A stretch of 63,815 bases of DNA, filler included, from Collodictyon triciliatum (taxonomy: Eukaryota): assembly GCA_043381765.1 (NCBI GenBank). It is 24 parts of 24 records of this genome, joined end to end, with 100 filler letters (N's around TTAATTAATTAA, not from the genome) between each part and the next. Parts side by side here need not be neighbours in the genome. Positions count along the whole stretch, not along the records: positions 13,687 to 16,309 come from JBHJMP010008562.1; positions 16,410 to 19,032 come from JBHJMP010008563.1; positions 19,133 to 21,754 come from JBHJMP010008564.1; positions 21,855 to 24,476 come from JBHJMP010008565.1; positions 24,577 to 27,198 come from JBHJMP010008566.1; 19 more parts are not named here. One strand, given 5' to 3'. Below are positions 13,804 through 26,820 of this stretch, piece by piece. A program made the position numbers and the translations under genes. The first letter of the stretch is position 1; each line of letters starts with the position of its first letter. The notes below the pieces were generated by a model. The model saw nothing but the letters and a program-made list of their open reading frames with translations, was not told the origin of the DNA and made no database searches.

Positions 13804-15022
13804 CCAAGCTCCGAATAGCTATGTTTCATTTACAGAATCTTTCTGTTGTGTCTTATCCTGTTTCTTTGCCCTATGAGGCGAATGAACTCATCGAGATGTC
13901 GTCTTCCCTTGGCTCAATACAACTCCCAAACGCCTCATGCGTCTTTGGTTTGCATAATGTATTCGATGCATCCGTGTTTAGCTATGCGAGAGTTCCTTTG
14001 TTCATAACTATTGGCGCGGCATTTTACTTCTGTGGGCATGCCAGACTCAGAAATAAGGTAGACCAGATTTTTTCGATCGTGAATCTATGAAGAAGAAAAA
14101 GGTGTTATCAGGAGTGATATATTAATGAAGTTTGTAATAATTAGGTTGTTTTTATTACGCTGAACCTTTTGTTTTTCATATACTATTCAATCGCAAGGGA
14201 GGTATTTGGAGTTTTAGGCTGCACTTTATATGATGAAGGCGAAAACAAATATTATTTAAACTATGCTCCATGGATAACCTGCAGTCCAATCTCATCTGAA
14301 TATCAAGGATTAATTTGGCTTTCCTTGCCTTTCTTTGTTTTTTTCATTCTTGGTATTCCCATGTTTGCTTGGAATCTATTGACAAAAGCACTCCATAACC
14401 CCGATAATGACCTAAAAGCAAGATATGGGTTCTTGTACTTGCCGTACAACGAGGTATTTTTTCATTTTTGGTAAATTCATTCTTTTGCATGGTATAATAT
14501 GTTTGGTATTCTATATCATTCAGAGGCACAGATATTGGGAACTGGTCATCATAGCTCGACGCATCCTATTTTCTCTCCTGATAAGCGTAGTCCCATATAC
14601 CGACCCGTCTGTTTTCTTCTTTCTGCTTTTGGTCCTTGTCCAGGTTCAAGTTCTATTTGTCGTATTTTAATTCTATCTAGTATGCCAGACAACTTGAGAA
14701 ATCAGCTCACAAAAAACTTTAGATATCTATTTGGCTGCAGAAGGAGTGCAAACCATATCACTCTCTTCTCGAGAATCAAATGGAACTGTCAAGTTTATAT
14801 GTCATCTTCGCTTCATTCTTTCTCGTGTTTTCATCGGGCATGTTTGGATGGCACCTTTGGATGTCTATAATGTTGGCTTTGTCGAATTTAGCTTGGATTA
14901 TTTACTTCACATATTTTGCTTTTTTACTTCCCCTTTCTCAAAATAATTGGCTGAGGCAAAGATTCGTCATTATGATTGAAAAAATGTTTGAAATGAAAGA
15001 CATGAAATACGAGCTAATATGA
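13804..15022 (+). CDS. Multi-pass membrane protein, C-terminal TM region, multi-exon
   Basis: Hydrophobic exons with VFGVLGC..YYLNYAPWITC..FFILGIP..RYGFLYLPY|..YWELVIIARR..KPY..NQMELSSL, typical of the C-terminal TM bundle of large protist surface proteins. Confidence 0.75.
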
Positions 15023-15289
15023 ATAAACAGCGATTCGTTTGACGGGCTAAGTGTGGGCAAGGCTCTATGTAAGAAAAAAATGTAAACCGAGATATTATAG
15101 TGATGCTATGGCTATTTGTTTCCTCTTATTTTTTCATTTGTCTTACGATATGCACCCAATATAAGTTTGTAATTTTTCGAGTAAGAGTTGTAGCGTTTAT
15201 TTTTCTTCATTTCTCGGGTTGTTCTTAACTTCATTTTATCCTTTTGTGTACATTTATTATTTTTGATTTCCTTTCCATCGTTGGTTAAA

Positions 15290-16309
15290 AGAAGAAAGCC
15301 GAGAAACCACCCCTCGCCTCTAGGACAAAAATGAGCTGTGGACAAGACAGTGGAAAACCCCGCATTGTGTGGTTGGAGTTTTTGTGTTTTGGGTGGAAAG
15401 AAAAAGAGAAAGAGAAAATAGAAAGGAGAGAAAGTATTCTCACACGCAGACTATTCTACCGAAGTGAATCATCTCCAACGCGATTTCTGGTTGTATTCGA
15501 GACTGACAGAAGAGCAGATATAGTTGTCGGGTCAATGAAAGTACGCACATGGCAGTTACTTCTCAAATCGATTCCGACGAGTCCTTTCAACCATCTATCT
15601 CAGACAAGGTTTACATCCTATTTCATTCCACTGGATGAGTCTTTTGAGGGGACAACGGGTCACTTTCCTTACGTTTCTTGCTGGGCGACTCTGACAAAAA
15701 GCGATACATCGTTGTTTGTCTGGAACTATTGGAAGTGGCACTTGACCGTCTCCTGGTTTCGGAGCCGTGCGTAGCCGGCAGTGGACTTTGCTTCATCGGA
15801 GTATGGATATGCGTTCGTGGTTTTAGAAACATACGCTCCTGCTTGCTCGGACTGCCTTTGGTGTGTGGAGTTCCAAGCTTGGATTCGACTTGTGCTGTTT
15901 GCTCTTGCTCCTTGCTTCTTGATGCGACGGGCTGGGGCAGGGTAAACGGACTATCTTTGGTGGGCGCTGGTTCTTGTGTTGCCTTCGCTTTGGATATCCT
16001 TTCGGATAAGTAACGAAGACTGCATTGATGCCTCCTGTGCTAACCATATTCACGTCAGTCTGAAAAGGAAGTTTAAGGGGATTTCTTTCGGGGTTTGGAG
16101 ATGCGCTGCTCTTGGGTCTTGCGATGTACGGGCTTGTCTGGTGTTGGCGGTGATGGTGGCTTGAGTGTGAGGATTCTGAAGAGGAACCGATATTTCCTTC
16201 CATGTCATCGTCGCTGTCGCTGTATGCGCGTATCTGCTGTGAGTCTTGCGGACTCAGTTGTTGCCTGGCCTTGGCTTCCTTGACCCCGTTGCTGCTTGTC
16301 TGCTTGGCA
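15290..16309 (-). mobile_element. Dispersed repeat X, copy 1 (3' half; LINE ORF1-like, degenerate)
   Basis: Clearly alignable by eye with 33945-34975 (reverse complement) and 55315-56265. Runs to the contig edge. Confidence 0.85.
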
Positions 16310-16409
16310 NNNNNNNNNNNNNNNNNNNNNNNNNNNNNNNNNNNNNNNNNNNNTTAATTAATTAANNNNNNNNNNNNNNNNNNNNNNNNNNNNNNNNNNN
16401 NNNNNNNNN

Positions 16410-17530
16410 AATCGCGGACATCAAAGGCTCAACATATTGCTAGAATACGAAAACCGTAAGTCTTAAGCAATCAGATATTCTATTTTGCTTTCTCTTCACT
16501 TTGAGCATTTTGTTTTTTTACTCCACACACTTAGTGGATGTTTTTTTATTATAATTCATATAGAAAGTTTTATTTTTACCATAGAGCACAAAAATTGAAT
16601 TTCCCTTGTGAAAATAGTATTATGTGTCAGTTATGTGGAACATTCGAAGCTCAATATCCTGCTTATCGAATACGACGGAGACTGCTTCGCGGACAAACAC
16701 AACCCTCGAGGGCTCTCCACTATGCCGGAATACGAAAACCGTAAGTCTTAAGCAATCTGATATTCTATTTTATCTTCACTTCTCTTTGAGCACTTTGTTT
16801 TTTTACTCCACACACTTATTCGATTTTTTTTTTATAATTATTCATATAGAAGGCTTATTCATGCATAAAGCACAAAAATTGAATTTTCCTTGTCATAATA
16901 TAGCAAATTGTGCCCGGTTATGTGATACATTCGAAGCCTAATTCCCTGCTTATTGAGCAACAAAGCTGAATCGCGGACATCAAGGGCTCTGCACTATGCT
17001 AGAATACGAAAACCGTAAGTCTTTTGCAATCAGATATTCTATTTTGCTCTTACTTCGTATTTTGATTTGCATTTGCACACACTTAGTCGATGTTTTTTTT
17101 ATTATAATTCATATAGAAGGTTTATTTTTAACATAGAGCACAATAATTGAATTACCCTTGTGAAAATAGTGCGTATAAGTCAGTTATGGGGAACATTCGA
17201 AGCCCAATTCCCAGTTTATTGAGCAACAAAGTCGAATCGCGGACACACACAATTCGCAAAGGCTCTCCACTATGCCGAATACGAAAACCGTAAGTCTTAG
17301 GCAATCAGATATTTTATTTTGCTCTTTACTTCACTTTGAGCATTTTGTTTTGTACTTGCATACACTTAGTCGATGTTTTTTTTATTATAATTCATATAGA
17401 AAGCTTATTAGTGCATAGAGCACAAAAATTGAATTTCTCTTGTTTATAATAGTACAATATGTGTCAGTTATGGGGAACATTCGAAGCCTAATTCCCTGCT
17501 TATTGAGCAACAAAGTCGAATCGTGGACAC
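16410..17530 (+). repeat. Tandem repeat, about 4 diverged units of ~272-286 nt
   Basis: The anchor AATACGAAAACCGTAAGTCTT occurs at ~16444, 16729, 17002 and 17278. Units share GAACATTCGAAGC, CACACTTAGTCGATG and TTGAATT segments. Confidence 0.92.
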
Positions 17531-18295
17531 GAGACACAACATATTCCCGTCCATGTGCAGACGCGAAGGACTACAGGTGAGCATCCTATTTACAAACATT
17601 TTTATCATTAAGATAATCCCTTATTTTCTCCATTTACAATTACAACAATTCAAAACACTTGAGCATATTTTTCAGCCTTTCGATAATCAAAGAATCCAAA
17701 TAAATTCTCAACAACCCATTTTCCAATGTACATTCTCCAGTTTGTGATTGCAGAATTTCGGCCACTCTCCAACCGCAGCGACGCCGGACTTAGCACAAAG
17801 AGACGCATCCGTGCAGGTGATTCAGGAAACCACGAACATGCAGCAACTCCTCCGCACCAACGCGACTCATGAGGCCACCCCCAGTATTCCCAACCCATAT
17901 GGCAATTCCCAGGTCTTTGGTGACGCCCGGTGACGCACGCGACAAGCACCCGGCTATTCCCAAGACTTTCGATGCAAGAGGTCAACCTTGTCTGTGGCCA
18001 ACCCCGAACCGGTGAATTTTCAAGGAAGCACAAGCACACAAGTTCTGCACAAGTCGTCTTCTCGGAAAAATTCGCCGGCCTTTGCGGGATATTTAACCTC
18101 GTCTTGTCGAAATCCTTGCTCCTCTTTTCTTATTCACAAAGTACTTTCTGATCTCTAAGTGCACAACCCCACCGTCCTGACTCGAGTTATTCTGTCCTGT
18201 GTGATTGTCAAGTCCACTCATAAAACAAATAAATGATGTGTATTGTATTGACACCCAGCCAGTCTACCTATATATACATACCAGAATCTGTCCAG

Positions 18296-19032
18296 ATGTC
18301 CGACTGTCTCACACCTGCCGAAGTGGATGCGCTTTTGGAAGAAGTCCTGAAACTCTCTTACTATCCAATAGCTGATATTGCCACTCTGAAAGGATCCACA
18401 GAACTGGATCTCAGTGAAAAGAATCTGTCATCTGTGCCGCCTGGTGTTTTTCTATTGACTGGTCTGAAAGAATTAAATCTTGGTGGCAATAAGCTGTCAT
18501 CACTACCTGCACAAATATCGTGTTTGACTGGTCTCACATATCTTGAAGTTAGTGCAAATCAGCTGTCATCGCTACCTGCACAAATATCGTCTTTGACTGG
18601 TCTCATAGGACTTTATGTCAATGGCAATCAGCTGTCATCACTACCTGCACAAATATCGTGTTTGACTGGTCTCAGTGTACTTTATGTTTATAGCAATCCG
18701 GTATGTTTTTATTCATATATTATATTACTATTTATGTTTAAAAGATAATGACTGACAATTATACACGCAGATGGAGGAGCTTCCAGCACAGATCACAGCA
18801 CTCACAAATCTGAAAGTACTCTACATAAACGGTGGATGCACACAAACCATAAAGAGAGCCCCGCGTGGCATCTCAAATCTCCCCTGCTGGAATAACACAG
18901 AATACTCTGACAATAAACACATTCGCGCTCTGCAGCTCTACGACCCCGTAAGCACACAACCACCCCCAACCCCCACATACACAACACAGGACACAACTAA
19001 CATAACCCTAGGTCGATACCGCAGCTGAAGCT
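18296..19032 (+). CDS. Leucine-rich repeat protein (23-aa LRRs), multi-exon, 3' truncated
   Basis: LxxLxLxxNxLSSLPAQISxLTGL repeats. In-frame intron 18701-18770 (GTATGT...CAG); probable further intron 18948-19011. Confidence 0.9.
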
Positions 19033-19322
19033 NNNNNNNNNNNNNNNNNNNNNNNNNNNNNNNNNNNNNNNNNNNNTTAATTAATTAANNNNNNNNNNNN
19101 NNNNNNNNNNNNNNNNNNNNNNNNNNNNNNNNTTGTTTATTTTTTTTTTTATTTTGAAATTTTTTTTTTTTTCCTTTTTTCTTTTTTTTTTTTTTTCGGG
19201 GTTTTTTTTTTTTTTTTTTTTTTTTATTGTTTGAATCTCATCACCCTTCTTGAAACAATTCTTCTCTATGTGTTTATCGAGTATTTTTTTTATCGCAATA
19301 TTGAATCCTTTGTCTATAGAAA

Positions 19323-20579
19323 TTAGTGGCATAAAAAAAATATCTTGGACGTACCCCTTTCCAGTGAGTCAGGTAAATATCCGACCAGGCGTTAGAGCAT
19401 GATATTTTTGATCAAAAGTTCTTCAATACAAATTTCATAGATAAGAGTAATTCGTCAAACACTCGGATGTACGGTTAATGATATTATGTCCTCGATAATT
19501 GCTGGTGGATTCAGAAGATACTTACTGGTGCTCGTTTATCTTTTTCCGAATTCCATTATATTCACTTTTACTCCTAAACTGGATGATCTAATCAATAAAA
19601 TTGATGAGGCAAATATCCTACGTTCTCCATTCACAGGAACAAAACAAAAACAATCCAAAAAGCAAAAAGTCATTTAAAGTAACTTCGTGCGTGCCGATTA
19701 ACGTGCGGTCATCAAACACAAACGTTAAGATGGAGAACCATTTTTCTGTCATACTCTTACCATTTGCTGTTGATGAGGTTTGTGTTTTAATTTTGAGAAA
19801 ATTGGGTTCAAATGCCTTTTCGCCTTTTTATATGTTCGGCACCATATTTTACAATTTCATTCAATGCAGCCCCTATAAGTTTTCTTACTTCATTCAGGAA
19901 GAGATGCCTAAGCGCCTTGTTAAGACGAAATGTATCATGGACGATATCAAGGACTCACCTGAGCCTCTGTCCATGTACATCATTGTGAAGGGACTCCAGG
20001 TAAACACCCCTGCCGATAGCATACGTTCAACTCTTTATTTTTTTTTTTATTGTTATTCATATTGTTTTGCTCTTATTATGGATTAACCATGTATTGATAA
20101 TTACTTTGAATCGAATAAAGGAAAACAAATCATTTATTGATAATTATTTTGTCTAACACACTTCCCTGTGTGCCCATCAACAGGCCGTCATACCGTCTTC
20201 TCTTTGTCGGTGGCTGATCGATATCACAGCGATGCGGACTACACTCGTCTTCACTAATGTACCTGGTCCGCTTAAGCGCTGCAAACTGGGTGGCATAACA
20301 GTCAGGTCATTATCTCATCCATCGATGCAGTATTTGTGATAGATACCGCTATACACGTGAGAAACTGAAATCACCCACAAAAACGATAGAGACATTATCT
20401 TTTGGGTACCCTCCAGAACTTCACTCGGTGTGGGTATCTCTGTATTTTCGTATGGTGGTGCATTTCGAGTGGGTGTTGTAGGAGATCGTACTGTATTGCC
20501 ACATCCTGGTATGCTCAGTAAATGCATCGAACAAGAATACGAAGAATATTGCCACTCTATCCCAGGAAATGAAGTATAG
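19323..20579 (+). CDS. Wax ester synthase/diacylglycerol acyltransferase (WS/DGAT), C-terminal part, multi-exon
   Basis: IRQTLGCTVNDIMSSIIAGGFRRYL; VPINVR..MENHFS; TTLVFTNVPGP; FWVP..GVGISVFSYGG. Confidence 0.88.
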
Positions 20580-21674
20580 CTATGATAAGGAGACGGTTTA
20601 ATTCTATGTTCCCATATTTTGCCTTCCTTCTCTGACATCTTTCAAAAAATCACCGAAGAGAAAAACGTAGTGCTCTATCATTTGGTGCATTCGTCTACAT
20701 GAGCACTCTGGAGTGCAATATTCTATCTTCATTCAATTGCAGAAGTCTCTTCATACTTCCTCGCTCCTCGTATCTGAGTTCTAATTAAAATGGATGTCAC
20801 TGATTTGATCTATGTTTGTTGCTGATTGGTTTAATTGTATTGTCATAAATCTATACTAAAAATTTGCAAAAGAAAAGTTTGTAACTTTATGGACGACATG
20901 CACAAAACCTTGCTTGAGGAAGGCTCTGTGATTTTTTTTTCTTTTTCGAGAATGAAGCTCGATTGAAGTATTTTTTTTTTAATTATTTGTTGCCAATAGT
21001 GTATTGCTAATTTTTTTTATTTTATAACCATTCTAAAACACTAATGTTAGGATAAGGGCGCCATATAAACCAAATAACCCTAAAATGACGTGATACAAGG
21101 TTATATCAACCGCGTTGTGTTCTAATTTACGCATATAAGTCGAAAAATAAGCGTGACACACCAACGAAGGAAATATCTGTGAAAATCATAGTCGTATCGC
21201 CAGACAATCACAATGCGAATAAATGCGGTGATCACACCGAGAGACAGAGTTGAGAAGAGCAATAAAAGAAAAAGCACAATAATTAAGAAAACAAAACTCT
21301 TTTGCTGTGAAACAAGCACACTGAGAGAGAAATAAAAAAGACACATTCTCTGAAAAATAATGTAATACAATGGCTTTCTTCTTCTCTTCCAAACCCACCA
21401 CATTCTGAAACCGTAAGAAAAAACACACAAGCGATCGGAAAGAGCGATCCCGAGAAGGACGAGACCGACGCCACAGCCCCGCCCCAATGAACGCCTACTG
21501 ATCGTACGCTAACCGAGAAGGCCGACGCAGCCGACCCAGAGAGCGAAAAGGTCACTCGACCACAACCCTTTCAACACAGGTTATGCACCGAGACACACCC
21601 ATGATCAAGACGCCAGCTGCCACCGACCTGTGAGTCAACAAACTACTAATAAGACAGAGCGAGCTCTTTGAAAC

Positions 21675-21754
<80 letters not shown>

Positions 21755-22039
21755 NNNNNNNNNNNNNNNNNNNNNNNNNNNNNNNNNNNNNNNNNNNNTT
21801 AATTAATTAANNNNNNNNNNNNNNNNNNNNNNNNNNNNNNNNNNNNNNNNNNNNAAAAAAGAAAAAAAAAGAAAAAAAAAAAAAAAAAAGAAAAAGGAAA
21901 AGAAAAAGGAAAAGAAAAAGGAAAAGAAAAAGGAAAAGAAAAAGGAAAAGAAAAAGGAAAAGGAAAAGAAAAAGGAAAAGAAAAAGGAAAAGAAAAAGGA
22001 AAAGAAAAAGGAAAAGAAAAAGGAAAAGAAAAAGCATAG

Positions 22040-23935
22040 ATGTATCATACCTAATGAGAGATGGGTTCTTATATATATGGTACATTCACTGCCACAACTA
22101 TCACAGCAATGGAATATTCTCTTGAGAACTATCTTATTCAATGGTGTTTTGAAGAAATTAAAGCACCGCCGTTTTTGAACGTTCATTTTTAAGGTTGTAC
22201 ATAATCGGGGGACAGAATGGACAATCTTCATTTCTTAACGATGTTCACATGCTCCATAATGGTAACTACTGCAATGTTCAATTTTGCACAGCACTATGAA
22301 TTAAAATTCAAGGATATAAACAACTCCTGTTGTATGATAGGACCACATTTAAATCTTACTCATGAGAATTCATGTTGGAAAATAATGACCATATATATTT
22401 ATTCCACTAACCAACACCATATTTCATCCTTTCTTTCTTCTTCTTCCTATTTCTTATTCACATACGTCCTTAAGGAAAGTGGCACATCGTCAGTTTCAAC
22501 GGAGCGCCGATGTCGGCTAGGTCACGGCATACCGCTTCCCTATTGAAAGGAAACCACCTTGTGATTTTTGGCGGATATGATGGTTCTTCATGGATGAACG
22601 ATATCCTTTTGGTAGATATGGGTATACTTCTTTCTTTTTCATTAGCGGATTCGAGTAAATTAATCATAATATGAATACTCTTTTCTTATACTAGTTTCAT
22701 ATTTAATGATTTTATACTACAATATACCAAGAATAACAACACACTGGATTTTTTTTAATAAAAAATAAAATGTCTCATCTATTCTTATCGTAGTTAAATG
22801 GATATATTTCGTTTTTATTGAGAACTAACCACATTACCATATTCCATGAACTAGATTTTGCTCAATTACAAAATGAAATTTCGAAAATGAAAGAACGTGT
22901 CGAGTATTTAGAGGGTGGGCGAATGGATAAACTGACACTATCAGACGTAAATAATATTTTTTTTCTGTATCTAGTTTTGTTATACGCATCATTTTAAATT
23001 CATATTTATTTACAATACCTATTTCTGCCAACATTGGATTTCGTGCTACTAGTATTGTATCTTTCTCATAATCTCCTGATCTCCTTCATGCGCATGTAAA
23101 GAAAACAAATAAATTAACATAGATTGATGAACTGGAGGAATCGTACCTTGTAGGTCTAAAATCTCTTGGTAAAGTTAAGGTAAACATGAATGATTTCCCC
23201 TAGTACACACTGCTCACCACTTATTTTGATCTGAGCGGTTGTAATGAATATCTGTTCAATACTAGAAACAGTTTACTACCATCTCCCATAATTATAAAAC
23301 ATTCATTCTATATTTTTGTGATATACATATTCAATAGAGAAAAAAAATGTCGTCTCCTTCCTCTTTTTAAAATACCTCCATACATCCATATCCATCACAA
23401 GTCTGAAGCAATTAGACGGGAGTACGAATCAAAGCTAGCCAGAAACTTGGAGCATACATCAATAGGCGGTGCAGTATCGCCTCTCTCACCAATCACTCAG
23501 AGGACAATAATGACGGACTCGGACCATAACTTCACAAGTTTATATGGAACTTCGTATGTCTTTGGCATAAGTGATATCCCTATGAAAGTTTTAATGCGCA
23601 CATGTTCATTTCCCCACAATCGTTTGATTTTCCATTCCTTTATCATTTTCTTCTGATTCACCACAATTTATACTTGGCTCCAAGATGCATGCAGCTGATT
23701 TCATATACTAAAAGCAATCTTAATTCATCTATTCATGTCTTTCTTAGTATTTTTCCCAATCGCACCCTATTTTGGCTGATTAGAGGATTCTTTCCCCCTC
23801 CACGATTATTAGAAAACGTTAATAATAATGAATTTTCTGCAGCTCATCATCAACACAACACAAGGCAGGGATGAGCCGCCCTATTTCATCCAGCGCGACA
23901 TCATCCAAGCGTTCAGGAAAGGTCGGTTTGATTAA
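22040..23935 (+). CDS. Kelch-repeat protein, 3' part, multi-exon
   Basis: Exons LYIIGGQNGQSSFLNDVHML (~22195-22260) and KWHIVSFNGAPMSARSRHTASLLKGNHLVIFGGYDGSSWMNDILLVD (~22475-22620). Downstream exons less certain. Confidence 0.7.
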
Positions 23936-25405
23936 CAAAGTATAAGATGCGTCCCCAAAACCATACCAATATTATGATATTTTCTTTTCCCTATCTTATA
24001 ATCTGTTTCATCATAGATATTTTCGGTTTAATATATGTCACTCCTTCGTAGTCCTCAATTTTTTTCTGATACTTTATACAAAACATGCGAAATGTATCGA
24101 TGCTTTGGTTCGCCCAACGGAACGGATGATTTTTTTCCTCCCAAATATATTAGCTTCGTGGTGATTTGCCAGATAGTTATACAGATGATTGATTTTAACA
24201 ATTGATCCCACCACAGCAGCGTGTACACTTTGGATTCGCAGAAACGCGCTTCTACCAGCGGGAACAAGGCGGAGGTGGCGGGCTTCCTGCGTCCGGCGCT
24301 GCTCCTCTCGGCCTGGGTTGGGAAGTATGTGATTATTCTTGGACGATTTCTAACCAACCTAGCCTTCCACCGCAATCGAAAATTATATTCACAAAAAAAA
24401 AAAAAAAAAAAAAAAAGTTTTTTCAAACTATTTGTGGCAGTTGAATGTATCAAACACAAAACACAAAGCAAAAAAANNNNNNNNNNNNNNNNNNNNNNNN
24501 NNNNNNNNNNNNNNNNNNNNTTAATTAATTAANNNNNNNNNNNNNNNNNNNNNNNNNNNNNNNNNNNNNNNNNNNNTTTTTTGTTTTTTTTTTGTTTTTT
24601 GTTTTTTTGTTTTTTTTGGGAAGTGCTATTGTGCTTGGATGGTCACAAAACAAAATAAAAATAAAAAAACCTGCAGCGTTTTCAGACAGGGTAACAGAGG
24701 CGGGTGTGAACCAATGGCGAGGAAGGATTTCGACAGTGCCGGACATAGACATTCTGCGCATAAGTCCGAATGTTAAACCTTCTATTACAACAATAGAGTA
24801 TTTCAAATCCTTCCCCCAAGAGGGTGGAGAGAATAGGGAAAAGGAGCGACCTGAAAATAAAAAAAATAATAACACAGCAAAATATAAAGAAAAGAGATAA
24901 GGTGCGGTTCACGCGTAATGATTCGAATAGTCTGCTCGATATTGCAGAGATGCCAAGTGGGAAATAGAAGGAATCGAGGAATGGCAGAGAAATTATTGTA
25001 TTCGGCCGACAGGTGGACGGGTCAGGCCTCTGATGTATGGACCAGACGAAGAAAAAGAAAACCAAAGAGTAGAATTATAGTACAAAAGTGGACAGACATC
25101 ATGACATTCATTTACCCAGATATGGTATGTATAGTTGCATCCGGAATCTTCGACACGCAACCGCACTGGTCTCGGCGAAACGCTGCAATTCGATCCATTG
25201 TCCACACTTCATGGAAAGAATTGGAATACAGATATAGACATATATGTTGATGCTGTTGCTGATTGTGTTGTTTATCAACGAAATGAATATGTGGGTGAGT
25301 GGGTGAGGGGGTGAGTGGGCATCAAGAGGCTTGCATTTGCCTGTGGGGCTCCGCCCAGAAGGTATTTGTGAAACAAAGACACGATATAACCAATTCACAA
25401 GCTGC

Positions 25406-26820
25406 TTAATGCCCGCCGTGATTGCCAGGGATTTGGTCGAAGATGCCCATGGCCAGGCGCGAGTTGAAGCGGATGTGGTCCGAGTGGGCTGCGATGAAGC
25501 GACGGGCAACATTGACCGGCTTTTTGAGGACAATCCATTGGACAATCTCTGTGCATGGTGGGGTGGTGAAGGAGCCGTCGTAGGCGTAGAACTCATCCAA
25601 GGACACATCCTTCAGCAGAGGAGCCCAGTCCAGAGGCGCATCCACATTGATGGTGGAAACATGCTCAGGAATCTGGGGAAGTCAGATAGCGAAGATCAGT
25701 TATTGATTTCATCGAAAAAAAAAGCATTTCGTTACTGACGATTTAATTTTTAATTTCTTTCAATATTTTTAGTTCTACTCTCAATTGAGAGATTCAATAG
25801 TTAAAACAACAACAAGAAAGGAGGGTATGATTCTTGAGGTGATGTACACGTTGGTTGGTGTTAATAGAGGAAAAGAGGGCACGGGTAGTTGGCCGCACCT
25901 GTGAGACAAACTGGTCAAAAAACAAGTTCCTGTTCGTCCCGAATTCGAGAAGGATACCAACGACGAGGTATCGGCCCTCCGTGTTGAGATGTACCGCGTG
26001 TAATTCCATAGGATAGTGTCGGCCCTTGATGAGATGCTCGCTGGGCCTATTTGCAGCGGATATCAACACGGGTCAGGTATCGGGTCAAATACTTGGCCCC
26101 GAGTTGAAGCTAACTAAACTAAACTTTTTTTTTCCTTTATTCGATTCAAAACTAAACTAAACTTAAACTTAAATAGACCAAAAGAAAGAAAGAAAATGAA
26201 AATGAAAATGAAAATGCAACTTGACCCTACCCGTGGAAGTGCGCCTGGACAAAGTAGTACTTTGTGCCGTTGAAGGTGACAAAGCTCTTGAGGCCGGCAG
26301 AGTTGTGATAGACATCGATCTGGAAGGCGTGGCCGTTGTTTGAGACGCTGACGGGGCTGCTCAGCGGGGCCCAGTGCATAGAGAGCAATGCATCGCCATC
26401 GGTGGTGTGTCCAGCAGTGTTTCTGGTGGGTGCAAAGGCGATGTCGATGGGCGACTGCTTGCGACCCTCCTTGCAGACGGCGTATTCGGGGTTCAGCTCG
26501 CCCCAGTGGGCCGCAGAGGTGGTGCCCGTGTAGGACCAGTGTGTTTCCGTGCTGTTTGGGGAAGCGGCCCGGCCGTGCGAGGCGCTCGGGCCGAAGTGGC
26601 TTTCGCTGCAGAAGGCGCTTTGCGAGAAGGCCCGTTGCAGGAGGCTCTTGTCGAGGTTGTCGCTGCTTTGCGGCGCGTACTTGTTGGCCGCGTTGTCTTG
26701 CGGGTTGCTTGCTGCCGAGGAAATCCCTTCGACTTGGCGCGTGTGTAGAGTTGTCATGGTCACGGTGGCAACACCCAGTAGGGCAACGAGGGCAAAGGTG
26801 ATAAGGGCGAGTCGGGCCAT
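25406..26820 (-). CDS. Alpha-carbonic anhydrase with N-terminal signal/anchor, 3 exons
   Basis: HWSY..WG..C..GRKQSPIDI, NNGH, QAHFH, SEH, MELHAVH, YDGSFTTPPCTEIVQW. All three Zn-binding His are present. Confidence 0.95.

Noticed and set aside
15331-15774. Antisense ORF in repeat X, also open at 55245-55733
   Set aside because: It is broken in copy 2, has no recognisable domain, and shared openness is expected from recent common ancestry.
18491-18697. CRISPR-like array (constant 45 nt plus variable 24 nt)
   Set aside because: The period is exactly 23 codons in an open LRR frame, the variable parts keep LxVxxN, and no cas genes are present.
26336-26801. Several overlapping plus-strand ORFs opposite carbonic anhydrase (similarly around 60197-61237)
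   Set aside because: Shadow ORFs of GC-rich coding sequence; the motif-bearing frame explains the region.
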